The notes under the pieces were generated by a model. That model was not told where the DNA came from, made no database searches, and saw only the letters and a program-made list of their open reading frames with translations. From a virus (taxonomy: Duplodnaviria; Caudoviricetes), in IMG/VR virus record IMGVR_UViG_3300032322_001673, positions 1-58,958 of that record: DNA of 58,958 bases, one strand, 5' to 3'. How positions within the stretch are numbered: the stretch's first letter is position 1; every line of letters begins with the position of its first letter. The translations under genes were made by a program, and so were the position numbers. This document shows positions 17,163-27,422 of this stretch, in pieces.

Positions 17163-17687
17163 TTAAATCGTTTGATCGTCTGTTTCCATAACGATCCAAC
17201 CTAAGTTGAATAAATCTTCTTTAACTTCATCGGTTACAAATCCTTCACCTACATTGTATCTACTTGTATCGGGAGTCTCAGTAGCCTCTTCATCACGAAT
17301 GCCGCTGCAATACCAATCTAAGTAGTCACCTTCGCCGCGCAAGTCTGCTACAATACCACCTGCATATCTCCAACTACAACTCCAGCTATCTTCCTTTAAA
17401 ATGTGAATAACCTCATTTTTGCGAAAATAATTATTACATAGTGCTGCATAGACATTTTGAGCATAGTATTCGTCCTTACATTTTTCCACAATGTACTCAC
17501 TTGCTCTTAAATCATATTCTAAATTGTTTTTAGCCCATTCAGGATCAAGTTCAGCCTGTTCTTTTTGATTCAAAAAGCTATCGTAGAATTCCCATAACTT
17601 TTCTTGATCACTAATTGAGGTTAGTTTTTCTTTTTTCTTTTTTATGTTTTCTCTACGGTCTTTATTAGTTGCTAGCTTTTTCATCAA
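17163..17687 (-). CDS. Phage hypothetical protein
   Basis: Protein-like ORF in operon; YAALCNN, WSCSWRYAGG, DYLDWYCSG. Confidence 0.75.
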   Translation of the reverse strand: MMKKLATNKDRRENIKKKKEKLTSISDQEKLWEFYDSFLNQKEQAELDPEWAKNNLEYDLRASEYIVEKCKDEYYAQNVYAALCNNYFRKNEVIHILKEDSWSCSWRYAGGIVADLRGEGDYLDWYCSGIRDEEATETPDTSRYNVGEGFVTDEVKEDLFNLGWIVMETDDQTI

Positions 17688-18099
17688 ACACCTCTATCCA
17701 AGTATGATCACCTAAATATTGAACTTGTGCTATGTATTCATAACTATCAGGTACACCCGTAGTCCAATCATTGGGACCACTTTGAGATAATATGGTTCTT
17801 TGTATTCTGTTGTCAAATGCTAGCCAATATGATTTACCATGGAATATTTGAAATTTATATTCCGCTGCATGAACCATATCAGTAATGTCAAGTCTACGCT
17901 TGATTTGTTCTGCTTGTTTTTGTAATACGGTAACAAGCTCCATTATTCTATTATATTCTTGCTGAGCATACATTCTTGCTGTATTCAGCATTAAATCTTT
18001 TTGTTGCTTTACTGGTACAAGTTCAAACTTCGGAGCCCCGATGTCCATAGGATATGTTAAGCTATGGTGTTTATCGGGGTCCGAAGGTTGTAGTTTCAT
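17665..18099 (-). CDS. DUF2452-like protein
   Basis: YPMDIGAPKF, coiled segment, DHTW at the C-terminus. Confidence 0.55.
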   Translation of the reverse strand: MKLQPSDPDKHHSLTYPMDIGAPKFELVPVKQQKDLMLNTARMYAQQEYNRIMELVTVLQKQAEQIKRRLDITDMVHAAEYKFQIFHGKSYWLAFDNRIQRTILSQSGPNDWTTGVPDSYEYIAQVQYLGDHTWIEVFDEKASN

Positions 18100-18100
18100 C

Positions 18101-18748
18101 TTAAATTTTTGCTAAGACTTGCGGTTGCTTTTGTACTTTCTTTTTTGGTTTTTCATAGAAGATATGATTACCAATCTGTGCAACCTTTCTGTAAGGCCAC
18201 ATAGGGTTCACCCATAAGTTATGAAAAAACAATACTGTACTAGGTACAACATCTTTGTACGAATCATATGCTAATACGTTATAAGCAATTCGTTCGCTTT
18301 GTTTGTATCTAGGATCGTTTACATTTAATGGGCGGCGATCACTTTCGCATACCCAACTAAATTGGCACAATTTTACTCTTTTATGTCCCTCATTATCAAT
18401 TTCGGGATCATTGTCTATTGGAACCATTATTGTGCTGACTTGATAAACAACTGAGCAAGGATTAGGTGCGAATCCATGATTAACACGATTCATTACAACT
18501 CTTGCAACAGCTTGTTTACCTTTTTCGGGTTCACTGCCTGCTTCATAGAATATATTTGTAGCCAAACATTTTAGTTGTTTTTGGTCTACAGGTTTTGGTT
18601 GAGGCTTAGATACCGCAACTACTTGTTGCTGTTCTTCTTCAAAAAAGACCTCATGGTTGGGTATAATTATAATGGCAGCTGCTAAAATCAAAATCGCTGC
18701 TAGTATGTTTTCCACACGCGGATTGCGTAAAAAATTTATTAATTTCAT
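18101..18748 (-). CDS. SleB-type cell wall hydrolase (Hydrolase_2)
   Basis: CLATNIFYEA, AVARVVMNRV, CQFSW, IGNHIFY; N-terminal transmembrane segment. Confidence 0.9.
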   Translation of the reverse strand: MKLINFLRNPRVENILAAILILAAAIIIIPNHEVFFEEEQQQVVAVSKPQPKPVDQKQLKCLATNIFYEAGSEPEKGKQAVARVVMNRVNHGFAPNPCSVVYQVSTIMVPIDNDPEIDNEGHKRVKLCQFSWVCESDRRPLNVNDPRYKQSERIAYNVLAYDSYKDVVPSTVLFFHNLWVNPMWPYRKVAQIGNHIFYEKPKKKVQKQPQVLAKI

Positions 18749-18767
18749 AATTTCCTTTCCGAACGAT

Positions 18768-18796
18768 AGTATACACTATGTTCTATTAAAAGACAA
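18768..18796 (-). promoter_or_regulatory. sigma70-like promoter for the hydrolase
   Basis: TTGTCT-17-TATACT. Confidence 0.55.
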
Positions 18797-18836
18797 GAAT
18801 TTTGGTTTTAACTTATTATTAAGTTAATATCACAAT

Positions 18837-20846
18837 TCAAAGATTGTCCCAGCAGTCACAGTTACAATCTATTACTTCTTGTAACGCTTGACTTGGTGTT
18901 TGAGTTGGTACTGAGACGGATGTAGATATATTAAATATATCTAAATTGAGAGGGACGAGATCGGTTTCTGGTGATCCAGCAAAACTTCCAGGTATATTAC
19001 TTGCACCTGTAACTCTTGTTACATTCCCTATAGAGGTTTGCGGAGTTACGGTCTGACTATTACTAATGTTATTGTCAAGTTCTAACCCACACAATCCTAA
19101 CCTGTTTGCGTTTCTAATTTCACGCATTAATGCTATTAAACTTTGTCCTCCTAAAGTAGTTGTATTTGCTATGGCTTCTAATACTGCAGCAGATTGATAT
19201 TGTGCAGTATCAAGAGCATAGAAATTAATATTGTCTACAAACGAAAGTATTGAATTTGTTGTAGACGTTGCGTTTGAAGGAAGTGCTGCTAATCTTGATG
19301 CTGTTTCCTTCGTTAAATTTGTTCCTATTTGGCTCCATAGTGTGTTTAATTCTGTTGCTGCAGACGCATTACTATTGTTAATATTTGAAATTTCTGTATT
19401 AGCCTGCGATATAAATGTTGTTAAATCAGTATTGTATGGTCCAGCACCAGATAATTTATTAAAAATATTAGTATAGATGGTAGAAAGATTACTAGTCGCT
19501 AATTGTATTAACAATTGTTGTATTCTTGAATAATTATAATTTAATCCAGTCATTGCACCAAAAAAATCAGTAGCTAAGTATGTTCCATTTGTACCTGATC
19601 CTAATGCTATAGAAGATAAAGCACTTGTTATACCTGAATTAACTGGTGTACCATTAGCGCCATTAACTAGAGTAAGACCATCCATTGTTTCCAAATTGGT
19701 AACTACCTGTGAAAATCTTTCTATAGGTACATTTTTAATATTTCTAATTTGCATCATTGCATTTGCAAAGGCACCACATGCAACACGAATATCGTCAGGT
19801 AATACAGACGTTAAATATTCACCATAATTAAAAACTCTTACGTTTGGATTTATCCCACCACTTGAATAGATTGGATAGTAAATTTTACTGTTTGCTGCCG
19901 AAGATGTTGTATTATATCTAGGCACAGTCAAACTTGCATAGCTGGTTGGAAATAATTTTATAGGATTAAGTAAGTCTGCTAGAGACCTCAATCCTGTAGT
20001 TTGAACATTTAACGGAATTAAGATGTCAGTTAAATCAGTACCAGTTACCAGTACAAATGCATTGTATATTTTCTGTTCCTGTGTGCGAGAAATTTCACCA
20101 CCATTAATAAAGTTATTAACTTCCGTAGTAGTCAATCCACTAAAAATTAATGCATAAGATAACGCTTGAGTAATAGCGTTATTTCTCTGTAATGTTTTAA
20201 GTAACACACTAGGTAATCCAAATACATCTATGTTAGATAAGTCAATAGCCCTGCCTGTTTCAATTAAATCTTGTCCCCAATACAATGTAGATATATTGAC
20301 TCCAGTAATGTCTGCAGTTACAAGATCATTCATGTTGCTATATACACCTTGTAAATAATTTACACTATTAGCCAGTGAGTTTATAGTTGGATTAGTGCTA
20401 TCTCTAAAAGACATTGCAGTGATAAAACTTAAACAAAAATCTCTGTAGGTGCCACCATTAACTACAAACTCATTATATGCTTGCAATGCAGGAAATCTTA
20501 TAAAGCCATATCGTGCTAATGAATTAGATACTGTGCCGGTATATGTAGCAGGTTTGCTGTTGCCTAATGCAGGAATAGTAGAACTGCCAATTGATATTAA
20601 TGAATCATAAACTGCTTGGCTTACGTCATTAACACCCACACCAATTTTACCAAAAGCTAAATTAGTTGAATCAATTAATCTGTTTAATGCTGTAGCGGAC
20701 CCGATTGTGCCTTTGGTGTAATTAGCTTCTGCTGTACTTGAACCCATGAATCCTGCAGCAGTGGTATTAATAGTTAAACCATTACTTACAAGAAGTTGAC
20801 TGAGTAAATTAATGCTGTTGGGTGTTTGTAAACCTTGTAGACTCAT
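18837..20846 (-). CDS. Probable virion/baseplate structural protein
   Basis: S/T/N/G-rich ORF coupled (ATGA) to the PAAR gene; ends in CNCDCW. Confidence 0.55.
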   Translation of the reverse strand: MSLQGLQTPNSINLLSQLLVSNGLTINTTAAGFMGSSTAEANYTKGTIGSATALNRLIDSTNLAFGKIGVGVNDVSQAVYDSLISIGSSTIPALGNSKPATYTGTVSNSLARYGFIRFPALQAYNEFVVNGGTYRDFCLSFITAMSFRDSTNPTINSLANSVNYLQGVYSNMNDLVTADITGVNISTLYWGQDLIETGRAIDLSNIDVFGLPSVLLKTLQRNNAITQALSYALIFSGLTTTEVNNFINGGEISRTQEQKIYNAFVLVTGTDLTDILIPLNVQTTGLRSLADLLNPIKLFPTSYASLTVPRYNTTSSAANSKIYYPIYSSGGINPNVRVFNYGEYLTSVLPDDIRVACGAFANAMMQIRNIKNVPIERFSQVVTNLETMDGLTLVNGANGTPVNSGITSALSSIALGSGTNGTYLATDFFGAMTGLNYNYSRIQQLLIQLATSNLSTIYTNIFNKLSGAGPYNTDLTTFISQANTEISNINNSNASAATELNTLWSQIGTNLTKETASRLAALPSNATSTTNSILSFVDNINFYALDTAQYQSAAVLEAIANTTTLGGQSLIALMREIRNANRLGLCGLELDNNISNSQTVTPQTSIGNVTRVTGASNIPGSFAGSPETDLVPLNLDIFNISTSVSVPTQTPSQALQEVIDCNCDCWDNL

Positions 20847-21124
20847 GGGCAAAATATGTCAGGACTGCCTTGAACGATACTATGTCCGCAACTATTTCCT
20901 GAACCGACTCTAAGCACAGGACTACCTTCAGCAAAAACAGTTGGGCTTCCGTCTGTTGTGGTTGCTGCCGCATGTGGCGGGTGAGGTGATCCAAATGGTG
21001 CGTGTGGTGTTATTTGACTTACATGTAAGCCAACTGGTATACCATTCGCAAATACAGTTCCAGCGCCTCGCATTATAGCTCCGCCTGGTTGATCTGTATC
21101 CCCTTTTCTACTTAATTGTGGCAT
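20843..21124 (-). CDS. PAAR spike-tip protein
   Basis: SRKGD, TVFANGIP, GSPTVFAEG.PVLRVG..CGH..GSPDIF. Confidence 0.9.
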   Translation of the reverse strand: MPQLSRKGDTDQPGGAIMRGAGTVFANGIPVGLHVSQITPHAPFGSPHPPHAAATTTDGSPTVFAEGSPVLRVGSGNSCGHSIVQGSPDIFCP

Positions 21125-21126
21125 CC

Positions 21127-21426
21127 TTATCCTAATATAATTTGCTTTTCTGGTACTGTAATACCGGTAGTAGCCTCGATATACTTTACCTTTACTTGTT
21201 CGTTAGTGTCTGCAACAATTGCGACACTATTAATATTTAGTCTAAAATGACCGTTCATATCTGTAGTAAATAGACTAGGAACCATTCCTATGCCTTTTTG
21301 ACTAGGAGCAATGCTCACAGGCTCACTGATTTCAACGGTATTATCAGTTACTTTTATAACTTTTGCTACTAATTCTTCACCACTATTTAATTTGAACGAA
21401 TATACTTCATTTATGTTAAGATCCAT
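21127..21426 (-). CDS. Small phage protein, possible Sm-like fold
   Basis: FKLNSGEELVAKV...YIEATTGI. Confidence 0.5.
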   Translation of the reverse strand: MDLNINEVYSFKLNSGEELVAKVIKVTDNTVEISEPVSIAPSQKGIGMVPSLFTTDMNGHFRLNINSVAIVADTNEQVKVKYIEATTGITVPEKQIILG

Positions 21427-21428
21427 GT

Positions 21429-21653
21429 TTATCCCATTAATTTTCTGTGTAATTCTGTATATCCACCAACTAACTCCTCATTGATGAATATCTGTGGCAC
21501 TGTACGTGCATTTGGTACTGCTTCTAGTAACTGATCTTTAGACCAATCTTTAGTTATGTTTCTTTCTTCGTATTCAATGCCCTTTAACTTTAACAAAGCC
21601 TTGGCTTTATCGCAGAAAGGACACATGTCCTTACTCCAAACTATTGCTTTCAT
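21429..21653 (-). CDS. Glutaredoxin
   Basis: CPFC, RTVPQIF, VGGYTEL. Confidence 0.95.
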   Translation of the reverse strand: MKAIVWSKDMCPFCDKAKALLKLKGIEYEERNITKDWSKDQLLEAVPNARTVPQIFINEELVGGYTELHRKLMG

Positions 21654-21662
21654 TTTTTCCTC

Positions 21663-22763
21663 TTATAAAACTGGTAACGCATCGTAATCAACGGTGTCGC
21701 TCATCACGCCGATTACGTAATTTGTACTCTCATTTTCTTGTAGGGCAGTTTGCTTTTTGTTGATATTCACATGTTTATTGAACCATGGAATAGGACTTGT
21801 TTTTGGATGACTCTCTAGATACTTAATACCAATATCCTTAAGCCTATTAAAAGCGGTCCAGTCTACAAAATCTTTAAGTATATCTGCATTTAGTCCTATT
21901 ACAACGCCTTTACTAAAAAGATACTCAGCCCAATCTTTTTCTTCTTTGATTACTTCTAAGTACATGTTGTAAACTTCTTGTTCGCATTCAACTTTTGCTT
22001 TTGTAAATCTTTCATCTTCTTTTACTACTTGATTAATTAAATATGCTGTCCATTCAGTATGCAACAATTCATCTTGTAGTATAAGACTTATGATATTACC
22101 ATTGCCAATATAAATTCTGTTTTCTACCATTGCAAGGCTTGTAGCGAAACTAACCATAAAGCGTAATGCCTCAAGTGCATAACTAGCATTTAATGCTAGC
22201 CAAATAGCTTTAACGTGATCATCCTCTGATACAATAGCTCCTGTTTCTTTGCTACAGTTAAGTTGATGTAGTTGTTCATAATATCTACCTACATTTGCTG
22301 CCATCTCAACAATTTCTTTTGTTTCATGTATCTTATTAAATTCTTCTTTAGGCACACCATATACATTACGAATAATATGACTATATGATTTGCTATGTAT
22401 ATTAGTTTCAAAGAAACTCCAGTTATTAACTAGTGCTTCTAATTCTGGAATACTGATTACTGGGCCGAATACTTGTGCTGGTGCTCTGCCTTGTATGCTG
22501 TCGAGAGCCGTCTGGCGGAGAAGATTACTAGTAAAGATATGCTTAACAGCATCACTTGCCTCCTTGTGATCAATTTTATCTTTTGTTAATGTTACTTCTT
22601 CTGGTACCCAAAAGAATCCACGTGCAGTTTCTTCATATTTGGCAACTTTTGGGTACTTAACTTCTTCAAATCGCTGTACTGTTACAGGTCCCTCAGGGTC
22701 TAAAAACATTGTGCGTTTCAAGTAATTAGTTTGCTTCGTTAAATTGTATTGTTCTTTACTCAT
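21663..22763 (-). CDS. nrdB: Ribonucleotide reductase class Ia beta subunit
   Basis: FFWVPEE, LDSIQ, ETNIHSKSY (radical Tyr), EALRF, DELLH. Confidence 0.95.
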   Translation of the reverse strand: MSKEQYNLTKQTNYLKRTMFLDPEGPVTVQRFEEVKYPKVAKYEETARGFFWVPEEVTLTKDKIDHKEASDAVKHIFTSNLLRQTALDSIQGRAPAQVFGPVISIPELEALVNNWSFFETNIHSKSYSHIIRNVYGVPKEEFNKIHETKEIVEMAANVGRYYEQLHQLNCSKETGAIVSEDDHVKAIWLALNASYALEALRFMVSFATSLAMVENRIYIGNGNIISLILQDELLHTEWTAYLINQVVKEDERFTKAKVECEQEVYNMYLEVIKEEKDWAEYLFSKGVVIGLNADILKDFVDWTAFNRLKDIGIKYLESHPKTSPIPWFNKHVNINKKQTALQENESTNYVIGVMSDTVDYDALPVL

Positions 22764-23406
22764 TATTGTCCTCTTCATACATAACTGTGTTTGTGTCTCC
22801 TAAAAACCACTTTGGATTTTGTTCAACAACATATTTTTTCGTGCATACTTTAAAATCAGGAAACTTTAATTCTTTTGGATTACTCGCAGCATCTAAAAAC
22901 AAACATCTATTGTTTGGTTGTGCTGCATATTGTCCATTGTCTAATTCTATAAAATTAAAACTTTTGTGATCTTCTGGCCATTCAGCATAACTAGTGTCTA
23001 TTATGTTAAAATCGGGCGCAGAGTGATCAACTGTAAACATGTAATTACCTTGATAAAAATTTTTATCTTTTGCATAAAACTTTGCAGATAGATTTCTCAA
23101 AAATGGTTTTTGAATTATAGTAAAATCATAACTAAAACAATCCCAAATTTGCAATACGTCTAAAGGTAAAAATTTCTTAGAGTCAATATTCTCTGTGCGT
23201 GATACAAACGCATGGAGAGGTAACTTGTCATAAAGTGCGCCATAATTTGGTAAGTAACTTTCTATTCTGAATGCTTGTCCACGAATGCTTTTGATTGATA
23301 CCCATATACAAGGTTCATATTCTCCATGACCTTTTTGAAAGTCATAGAGAAATTCTTTACGAATGTAACAGTGTACTGGTGGTATACTTGCGACTAAATG
23401 TGCCAT
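22756..23406 (-). CDS. Phage hypothetical protein between nrdA and nrdB
   Basis: Overlaps both RNR genes; no HNH/GIY-YIG/LAGLIDADG motif seen. Confidence 0.7.
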   Translation of the reverse strand: MAHLVASIPPVHCYIRKEFLYDFQKGHGEYEPCIWVSIKSIRGQAFRIESYLPNYGALYDKLPLHAFVSRTENIDSKKFLPLDVLQIWDCFSYDFTIIQKPFLRNLSAKFYAKDKNFYQGNYMFTVDHSAPDFNIIDTSYAEWPEDHKSFNFIELDNGQYAAQPNNRCLFLDAASNPKELKFPDFKVCTKKYVVEQNPKWFLGDTNTVMYEEDNNE

Positions 23407-25730
23407 TATAACACACAAGCTTCACAAGCTTCTTCATCTTCTAATGGCTCTAATTTAGTAAATTCAATAACATTATCTTTGTCAGTTAGTGCAGCCTTAG
23501 AACCCATTTTGTTAATTAAACTATAATAAATTGTTTTTAATCCCCACTTATATGCTAGCATAAGATTTTTAGCTATTAATGTAGCACTCACTTTACCTTC
23601 AGGGAAAAATGCAGGATTATAAAAAGTATTCGTTGATATGCTTTGATCAACATATACTGCCAGTACTGCACTTGTCTTTAAGTAGTCTATACAATCACTT
23701 TGTTCCCACATTAATTGATAACGATTTTTTAATCTCTTGTATTCAGGAACAACTTGTACAAAACTACCAGCTTTACTTTCTTTAACACTGATTAGTTCCA
23801 TTGGCAATTCAATGCCATTTGTAGAATTTAATACTACACTAGAACTTTCTACAGGAGCAATTGCCATTAATGTTGCATTACGAATACCATATTCTTTTAG
23901 TTTCTCACGCAATGATTCCCAATCCATACTAGGACTAAAATCAGTTAATTCGTTTGCTCCTTCTGCTCTACGCTCCCAAGGAAAAATTCCTTTGCCATAG
24001 TATGTACGTGAACTATTTTTACAAGCACCTCGCTCTTGTGCTAACTCAACACTGGTTTCAGTGAGGTAGTATGCTTGATGTTCCATCCAACGTTTTACTT
24101 CTGCAAGGGCTTCGTCTGTGCCATAACGTAAGTGACGTTTTGCATGCCAATAGGCAAGATTAGTAATACCAACACCCAACGGCTCAAAATCTTCATTTGC
24201 CAATTTACTTTGTACACTTAAAAAATCCTGATAGCTTAGGAGATTGCTTAGACTGCGCACAAGTACTCTACAGGCTTTTCGCATGTCTTGTGGATTTTTA
24301 AATGCACCCCAGTTTACACTACCTAATGTGCAGAGAGCGATACGACCCTTTTCATCTTCGATTCTCTGAAATGGTTTCGTAGGTAGTAGTATTTCCTGAC
24401 AAAGGTTACTTTGATATATTGGATCAGTTTTAGTATCAAAAGGACCTTGATTAATAACATTATCTATATTGACTAGATAGACACGACCCGTGTCTGTTCT
24501 TTCCTTTAGTATACCGTTTTTGAATATTTCTACTGCTGGTAAAACTTTCTTGCGCAAACCTTTTTTATGTTCATACATTGTGTATAAACGTTCAAATTCT
24601 TCTGTATCACTATAAAATGCCTCATATAAATTTGGCACCTCATGTGGATCAAATAATGTAATGTTCTCATTACGCTTGTAACGATTCCAAAACATTTTAT
24701 TAACTACAACACTATAGTCCATTTGACGAACACGTGTTTCTTCTGGTCCTTGATTATTTTTAAGCACAATCAAATCTTCAAACTGATAGTGCCATATAGG
24801 GAATGTAACTGTGCAACTTGCATTACGTACACCACCTTGACTGCAACTACGTAGGTCACCAAACCATTTCTTTAAAAATGGAATCATACCAGTGTGTTTG
24901 ATTTCGCCATTACGAATAGGTGCGCCTAGTGGGCGAATACGACCAATTTCTAATCCGATGCCAGCACGTTTGCTAGCATACTTAGCCATCATCTCGCCGG
25001 CTGCAAAAATTGAATCAAGAGTATCATCGCTACTAATAAGCACACAACTACTAAATTGCTTTGTAGTAGTGCCAAGGCCTGCCAACACCGGAGTTGCCAA
25101 TGTAAAATGCCCGTCACTAGCGCACTCATAATATTCTTTAACATATTTTAGTCTCTTTTCCTTAGGTTCGTTATGGAAAGCAGTGGCGGCAGCTATTGCA
25201 TAACGCACCTGCGGAGTTTCAAAGATTTGTCCTGTAGCACGATTTTGAACCAAATATTTTTCAGTTAGTTGTGCTATTGCTGCATAGGTGTAGTTTTCAT
25301 CCTTGCCATGATCAATAAACAAATCAATGATATCCCATTCTTCTTTGGTATACCAATCTAGTAATTCACGTGTATACATCCCGTGTTCTACATTTTTAAC
25401 TACGATTTCGTACAATGAAGGTGGCTCATATTGACCATAGACTTCTTTACGCAACATTGAAACTTTCTGTCTACCCGCTACATATTGATAGTTTACATCA
25501 TTTATGTCTTTGTTTTCACTTTCATCAATAAGATCAACCATTGCTTTAAGTAATAGTTCATCTATTGTTTCTGTATGAATTCCGTCATGTAGTTGTATTT
25601 GTGCTTTGATTTCTATCATACTAGGGCTTACGTTATCTATGCCCTTGCACCCGTATGCGACTTGTCTTTGAATTTTGCTTATGTCTAGTGGAACAGATTC
25701 CCCGTTTCTTTTTATTACGTTTATATTCAT
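23406..25730 (-). CDS. nrdA: Ribonucleotide reductase class Ia alpha subunit with ATP cone
   Basis: VIKRNG ATP cone, QFSSC, SNLCQE, TIYY, C-terminal CEAC. Confidence 0.97.
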   Translation of the reverse strand: MNINVIKRNGESVPLDISKIQRQVAYGCKGIDNVSPSMIEIKAQIQLHDGIHTETIDELLLKAMVDLIDESENKDINDVNYQYVAGRQKVSMLRKEVYGQYEPPSLYEIVVKNVEHGMYTRELLDWYTKEEWDIIDLFIDHGKDENYTYAAIAQLTEKYLVQNRATGQIFETPQVRYAIAAATAFHNEPKEKRLKYVKEYYECASDGHFTLATPVLAGLGTTTKQFSSCVLISSDDTLDSIFAAGEMMAKYASKRAGIGLEIGRIRPLGAPIRNGEIKHTGMIPFLKKWFGDLRSCSQGGVRNASCTVTFPIWHYQFEDLIVLKNNQGPEETRVRQMDYSVVVNKMFWNRYKRNENITLFDPHEVPNLYEAFYSDTEEFERLYTMYEHKKGLRKKVLPAVEIFKNGILKERTDTGRVYLVNIDNVINQGPFDTKTDPIYQSNLCQEILLPTKPFQRIEDEKGRIALCTLGSVNWGAFKNPQDMRKACRVLVRSLSNLLSYQDFLSVQSKLANEDFEPLGVGITNLAYWHAKRHLRYGTDEALAEVKRWMEHQAYYLTETSVELAQERGACKNSSRTYYGKGIFPWERRAEGANELTDFSPSMDWESLREKLKEYGIRNATLMAIAPVESSSVVLNSTNGIELPMELISVKESKAGSFVQVVPEYKRLKNRYQLMWEQSDCIDYLKTSAVLAVYVDQSISTNTFYNPAFFPEGKVSATLIAKNLMLAYKWGLKTIYYSLINKMGSKAALTDKDNVIEFTKLEPLEDEEACEACVL

Positions 25731-25850
25731 GTATATGCCTATGTTATTGTTATTTGTGTTTTTGAAGTGATTAGATATTTAACTAATTGGTTAGAATTAA
25801 CTACATATATATTTTGCGTATCACCCTAGACTACAACTTTGCCTAGTAAA

Positions 25851-26285
25851 TTACGCTAGTCTTTCCAATTGTTTTTCAATGCTAATTTCACCTTTTATAG
25901 TAAAATCACACAGCTTATTTGTCTCTACGGTGTTAGGCCAATAGTTTAAAATATATGTATCGTCTACTAATACCAATACTACATCGTTTCCCAGTTGATC
26001 CGTTGCAGTAACCATTTTAAAGTTTTTCTCCCCTGTCATGTATAAAGTATAACATATACCCAAGGCTTTAGCAACATTACAATACAAATTTTCTACCAAA
26101 AGTTCCCAAGGATCGGGCCAATTTTGCGTATCCTTTAAATGGAGATAATGATTCACTGTGGGTGCGTTTTGCCACCAGTTATCTATTTTTATAGATTTAG
26201 ATTTTAATTCTGATACTCTAACATCTTCTTTGAGGTCATGCCAACTTTGCAGTCTTGTTTCATATTCAAGTTGAAAAATGTTCAT
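25851..26285 (-). CDS. Hypothetical protein, transglutaminase-like
   Basis: WPDPWELL...YC...ALGICYTL...LNY. Confidence 0.4.
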   Translation of the reverse strand: MNIFQLEYETRLQSWHDLKEDVRVSELKSKSIKIDNWWQNAPTVNHYLHLKDTQNWPDPWELLVENLYCNVAKALGICYTLYMTGEKNFKMVTATDQLGNDVVLVLVDDTYILNYWPNTVETNKLCDFTIKGEISIEKQLERLA

Positions 26286-27060
26286 TTATTGTTTTTGTTA
26301 GTTTAGTTAAATCAGCACACGTATATTTTTGGTAGCTGTGAATTAGTTCTTGTGGCATTGGAATTTCTTTAATTGTTGCGCCTGTTTGTGTAGCTATAAT
26401 TGCTGCTATTTCCATAAAGCTACGTGCAGACCCTGTTCCAATATTATAAATTCCTGTAGATTTTATATTAAGAAATTTTTTGTGTACCTCAACTACTTTA
26501 TTCACGTGAACAAAATCACGCAGATAATTCTGACTGTCAGCAAAAACCTTTATCTCTCCAGTTTCGTTAGCTTGCTTTAAAAATTGTGTATAAGGACTTG
26601 CTTGACCACCTTTATGCTCTTCCCCGTCACCATACACGTTGAAGTATCTGAACCCTTGTATGCTGATGTTTTTTTGATTTGCAATTTCGTATTTTTCAGC
26701 AGCATATCGTTCAAACATATATTTACTCCAAGCATACGGAGTTCTCGGATCGACGGGGCTATCTTCTTTGAATTCTTCTTTGTGTCCATATATACTTGCA
26801 CTACTACTATACTGGAAGTTAATGTTTAGTTCTAAACATTTATCCAATAGATCACAACTGAAGTCATAATTTTGTGTCATTATTTTTTCAATATTGGTTT
26901 CAGTTGTGCTACTTATTCCACCAATATGTATTATAGTATCAACCCCATCAAGTTTAGGGAACGTATCCTTCCACTCAAACGTAATGACTTCGTGATCCGA
27001 TAAGGCTTTCAATACATGACTGCCAATAAAACCTTTATGTCCTGTTACTAATATTTTCAT
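26266..27060 (-). CDS. hldD: ADP-L-glycero-D-manno-heptose 6-epimerase-like SDR
   Basis: TGHKGFIG, SSTTE, YSSSASIYG, YAWSK, FRYFNVYG..E.HKG.QAS, RDFVHV, YQKYTCAD. Confidence 0.85.
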   Translation of the reverse strand: MKILVTGHKGFIGSHVLKALSDHEVITFEWKDTFPKLDGVDTIIHIGGISSTTETNIEKIMTQNYDFSCDLLDKCLELNINFQYSSSASIYGHKEEFKEDSPVDPRTPYAWSKYMFERYAAEKYEIANQKNISIQGFRYFNVYGDGEEHKGGQASPYTQFLKQANETGEIKVFADSQNYLRDFVHVNKVVEVHKKFLNIKSTGIYNIGTGSARSFMEIAAIIATQTGATIKEIPMPQELIHSYQKYTCADLTKLTKTINEHFST

Positions 27061-27422
27061 GTTTTACTCTGACTATCACCGGGTAATACTCTATAATTAT
27101 CTTCGACACTATCTGCAGTGCTAACTTCTATAAGACTACCTTCCTCAATACAAATAAGTTGATGTGGGAACAATGGTTTGTTTCTCCAAACATTGCCCGG
27201 TAATAGTTCTACCTCATGTTGTGATGCATCTGCCAAATCAATATATTTCACTAAAAATTTACCTGACAGTACCAACCATGTCTCATCTTTTTCTTTGTGA
27301 AAGTGCATACTAAATTTAGAATCAGCATTAAAGTTTAGTAGTTTCCCACAATAATGTTCATTAGTGGCAAAAATGAATTCATTGCCCCAACCCTTTTCTA
27401 CATGTCCTTCAAGCCTTGTCAT
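27057..27422 (-). CDS. Cupin, sugar-isomerase-like
   Basis: KGWG.E, YCGKLL, SMHFH..KDETW, EVST...DNYR. Confidence 0.75.
   Translation of the reverse strand: MTRLEGHVEKGWGNEFIFATNEHYCGKLLNFNADSKFSMHFHKEKDETWLVLSGKFLVKYIDLADASQHEVELLPGNVWRNKPLFPHQLICIEEGSLIEVSTADSVEDNYRVLPGDSQSKT

Noticed and set aside
21663-25730. Intron or intein in nrdA/nrdB
   Set aside because: Both ORFs are continuous and of normal length for class Ia subunits.
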